From: Glaucostegus cemiculus
Lineage: Eukaryota
Length of the DNA stretch: 64,000 nt
Assembly: GCA_976551045.1 (NCBI GenBank)
Contig: CDPCPM010000037.1
Coordinates: forward strand, 14,012,001 to 14,076,000
Direction of reading: 5' to 3'
Positions 60,276 to 64,000 of this stretch are shown in pieces (the first letter of the stretch is position 1; every line of letters starts with the position of its first letter). The notes beneath the pieces are model-generated. The model was not told the origin of the DNA and did not search any database. It saw only the letters and a list, made by a program, of their open reading frames with translations. The translations under genes and the position numbers were made by a program.

Positions 60276-63200
60276 ATATCTGACTTGCAGTCCAGGAAAC
60301 CTTTACCAGAAGATTACTTTGCATTTTAAAGTACACAAAATAATTTGTTGACAACTAATAAGGATCCTCATTAGATTTTTTTTTGTAAGATATGGCATGC
60401 TTTATATTTAGCAATTTTCCAAACAGAATTGTTTGGACTTTTTGAATAGTTAAATTTAGTTAATCTGCAGCTTCCAAGGCCACAGAATATTCCTTGAAGA
60501 GAACAAACATTTATCACGTTTACAGTATATCATGGAAAGCAGAACACAGCACATGGCAAGCCACTAGAAGACTGACTTGATGGGCTAAAAAGAGCTGCTA
60601 AGATCAGCTCAGCAAGACCAAAATAATACACTCATCTACTGCAAACTCACTTAAGAATCTCAAGGATAACTATTGAGAATGCAGGCTGTAGTAAAGAGAA
60701 GAATGCAGAAATAAACCACAATAGGGTCAAGAGAAGAAATCTTCATAAATAAGGAAGGTGACTTTGGAGATGCCAGAAGAAAAAAAATTAAAAAAAAATT
60801 ACTGAATCATTTTAATAGTCTAGCTGGCTTGCACTTCATTTTTCACTTATGATTCAAATACAAGAATATAGACACCCATCAATGACTGATAGGAATCTGG
60901 ACTGACAGCATTTCTTCGCAAATGAATAATAAAACCTTTAGCAATTTATCACTTTAAAGAACATCATCTACATTGCTACTGCTTTAACTATTAAGGCACT
61001 GATAGTAAAGGTAGAGTATTAAATTGTAGAAGAACTGGGAGTTCAGTGGTCTTCAAATTTAATTTGTATTACCCTAGCTTAATATGAATTGTCCTCAGCA
61101 ACTCTTATAGTGTAAAAACTTGCACTCTAGAATCAGTTTATTTGGATGAAACCACAAGACGTGTCAAAATAATTTTGCACTAATATTCACAGTTATTTAT
61201 AAATACTTTGAGAAGTATCGAGACTGATTTACACAGAAATTATGTACAAAAAATATATATACAGTACATTAAGGAACTGCTTATTTCAGTTTACAGGTGG
61301 ACCTTGATTTAGCCCACCACTTATAATCCAGCCAAAAACTGGTCTGACTCATGAATATGCTTAAACAGAGTCCATTTAAGAAAATAAGGCACACATGTAA
61401 CATTGGTGCTGGAGGAATTGGTGCCAAGTTCCTCTAGTAGACTGTTTGTTGCTCCAGATTCCAGCATCTGTGGTCTCATATGTCCAAATGTAACATTGGT
61501 GTTGTTCAACTCTCTGGTCTGAATACCCTTGGTCACATTGACCTTTATTTGGGTACTTAAAGCATCAGACTTATTTTCATCCAAAGCATTACCAAATTTA
61601 TCAAAAATGAATTTGGTTACTGTCCAATTAAATACAACCTACTCTGGAGCTTCTTTTCACTGCCTATTTGATGGTTCTGCAGTTGCTTTGTTTGTAAATG
61701 ACTGAGACCAGATTCCCAACCAACAAAGGGGCTACTGTACTTGCTACTCAATGTCTCTCCTTGCCTTCCTCTGATTTTTGCTTTGGAATACATAGAAGTC
61801 TGAGGAAAGGCAGCAGATGGTTAGTGGCAAATTAGCAGAAAGACTCCTTTCATTGTAAAGAGTATGGCCCAAAGTAATTATCTGATGATAGGGATAGGTT
61901 TGCTGCAAATGCTATTAAATATTGAAACCATTTTGTGCCATATGCAGGTTACCTAGCTGAGGGATGTTGATCAGCAGCCTCCCTTTAATAATACCAATTA
62001 AATTTCCCCTAATGGCATTGACAAACTATTTCTGGCTGTATTGTTAAGATGTCTGTGGGGTCTTCCAAACATCAGTGATCAGGAGAGGTTGCTTCCTTTT
62101 CAGATAAAGAATCAAAAATTCATTCAAAGAAGTGGTACAAAGTAGAGCTGCCAACTTTGCAGTAGAAGATTATTTGGGCTTCTTAGCACAAGGTTTCACA
62201 GACAGTCAACATTTTGAAGTCACTTTTTAAATAATTCTTTGCTATCGTTTTGTGCCATTGTCAAATGATTAGAAGATGATGGTGCCTGCAGTTACAAATG
62301 TCATTCTGCACAAAGAAGCCAGATTTCATCATGTACAGCAAATTAATGTAATACTTTTTAATGCAAGTGGCTCCACTCAGAATGGGACTGGATTTTGGCA
62401 TGAAGAACCAAATGTCAAATGATAATGAATGCAATCAATCTGAAAGTACAGTGATAGGTAGAAAAAACATTTGGAATAAATACATTTTAATGCATGAAAT
62501 AAGCTATAACTAATGCTAAACAGTACCTTTCGGGTGACAGGTTGATGAAATATTGGAGTCCAGTATGAACTAATTGATTGAAATACATTGCCTTGGATGG
62601 ACAGGATGCAGAACTGGATTCTATTTTTTGAACCCTTTCATTTATTCTCAAATTCATATTAAAAAACATAAACCAATCTGGACACATGGAATCATTCTTA
62701 GTGTCAAGGACAGCCTGTTTATTGGCAAAAATAATTTTATTTATCCAACAAGAAAGTATACAAATCAATCAAACTGTTGCTTTTGAACCTGAAAAATGAA
62801 GATTGAATTGAGGGCAGATCAGCAAGTCTATCCTGACTTAAATATCACACAGATAGAATTTTCATGAACTACTGATGATTCATTTTTCAACAGATGAGAG
62901 TTTTCACATTGAATTGCAAAGTTGCTAATCTCTCTTAAAACTGACACAAGAAGCAGAAAACCTTAGCGTGCCAATATACTATACATACAAAAATAATTTG
63001 GATCTCTGAACTATCCAGAAAGATATTACTCTATGGTTGCTGTACTTTTGGAATGTCCTAGTTTGTCACATATTCTAGCTGTCCTGCAAAATTGCAAGCT
63101 AAAGCAATATATTAAAGCAGCTAGCCACCAAGAATCATTTTATATTAAACTATGTCTCAATTCTGAGTCTAATGATTATTTATTTTTTAAAAAAATCACA

Positions 63201-63289
63201 TTTTGTTGCAGGAGTTGTACTTCTGCAATACAAAATGAAGTATTTTATTTTTTGCCCTTCTGTGCACTCCTGGGTCATGGAATAGCGAG

Positions 63290-63600
63290 AGCAGGCACCT
63301 CTAAACACTGGAGATATATCACCAACACCATCACCACAAAATCCTTCAAATCTACTGGCAGATTCACTGAACCAAAGCCATTGACCTCTCCCATACCGAG
63401 GCCCCAGTTACACACAACCAGAACCATGGGGCAGCTCATGTTGCTCGGCTGACATCCCAGTCCTGGAGAAGACACTCTATTCAGAGTTCTGTCATGAAAG
63501 AGATTACTAGGTGGGCAGGGGAAACAATTCAAGGGTATTCCCAAAGTCTCCTTGAAAATATAACTTTGCTGTGGACTCCAGAATCCATGGCCATGGTGGA
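63290..63600 (+). mobile_element. RTE-clade LINE fragment
   Basis: GCAGGCACCTCTAAACACTGGAGATATATCACCAA (RHL.TLEIYHQ) and GGTGGGCAGGGGAAACAATTCAAG (GGQGKQFK). Confidence 0.7.
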
Positions 63601-64000
63601 TTTTTACAGTCTTGCAATTAAAATAAGAAAAAGATTTGCATTACAATTGAGGGGAGAGCTCACTTTCTTTCTTAGCTGCAGAATCAGAGATTTACACCTC
63701 ACCTGGAGATTACTATTCCTCCAGGAATTTTCTGTTATCATCTCATTGGAAATCCCAGTGAAGCTGTAAAACTCCCTAGTCACTGCTTGACTGTCCATCA
63801 TACCAATTATTGTGTGGATTTTATAGTCTTATATTGTCATAAAAAATTATGGTATCAAAAGGAGGCAATGCAATTCACACTTCCCATGCTGAACAAGAAA
63901 GTGGTAGTATTGCTTATCCACTGACCAACCCTTGGACTGTGGCCCTAGAGGTTATAGCTCTTCAAGTGTTCTAGGTACCTTTTAAATGTGATAAGGGGGT

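Noticed and set aside
200-63801. The many 60-170 aa ORFs as genes
   Set aside because: They are either retroelement fragments, their antisense frames, or chance ORFs with no recognisable domain.
1-64000. Prokaryotic-type systems (operons, CRISPR arrays, defence islands, retrons)
   Set aside because: There are no long ORFs and no repeat-spacer array. CpG depletion and vertebrate retroelements throughout show eukaryotic non-coding DNA, and the RT fragments are ordinary LINE/LTR remnants.

Overview
This is vertebrate nuclear DNA: AT-rich, strongly CpG-depleted and dense in repeats. The repeat mix (CR1, Rex1/Babar, RTE, L2, Penelope-like elements, V-SINEs and DeuSINEs) points to a cartilaginous fish (shark or ray); that assignment is an inference. 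I recognise no host protein-coding gene, tRNA, rRNA or CRISPR array, so the window reads as a large intron or intergenic region. Every recognisable ORF is a retroelement remnant. The most notable items are: three solo LTRs with target-site duplications (one CpG-rich with ETS-CRE and YY1 motifs plus a splice donor); a near-intact minimal hammerhead ribozyme in a Penelope-type terminal repeat; an RTE LINE with a twin-priming-like 5' inversion; V-SINEs carrying two different LINE tails; and Gypsy gag/pol relics missed by the ORF track. I found no convincing new biological system. Family names come from motif recognition without any database search, and boundaries of old elements are approximate (tens of bp).
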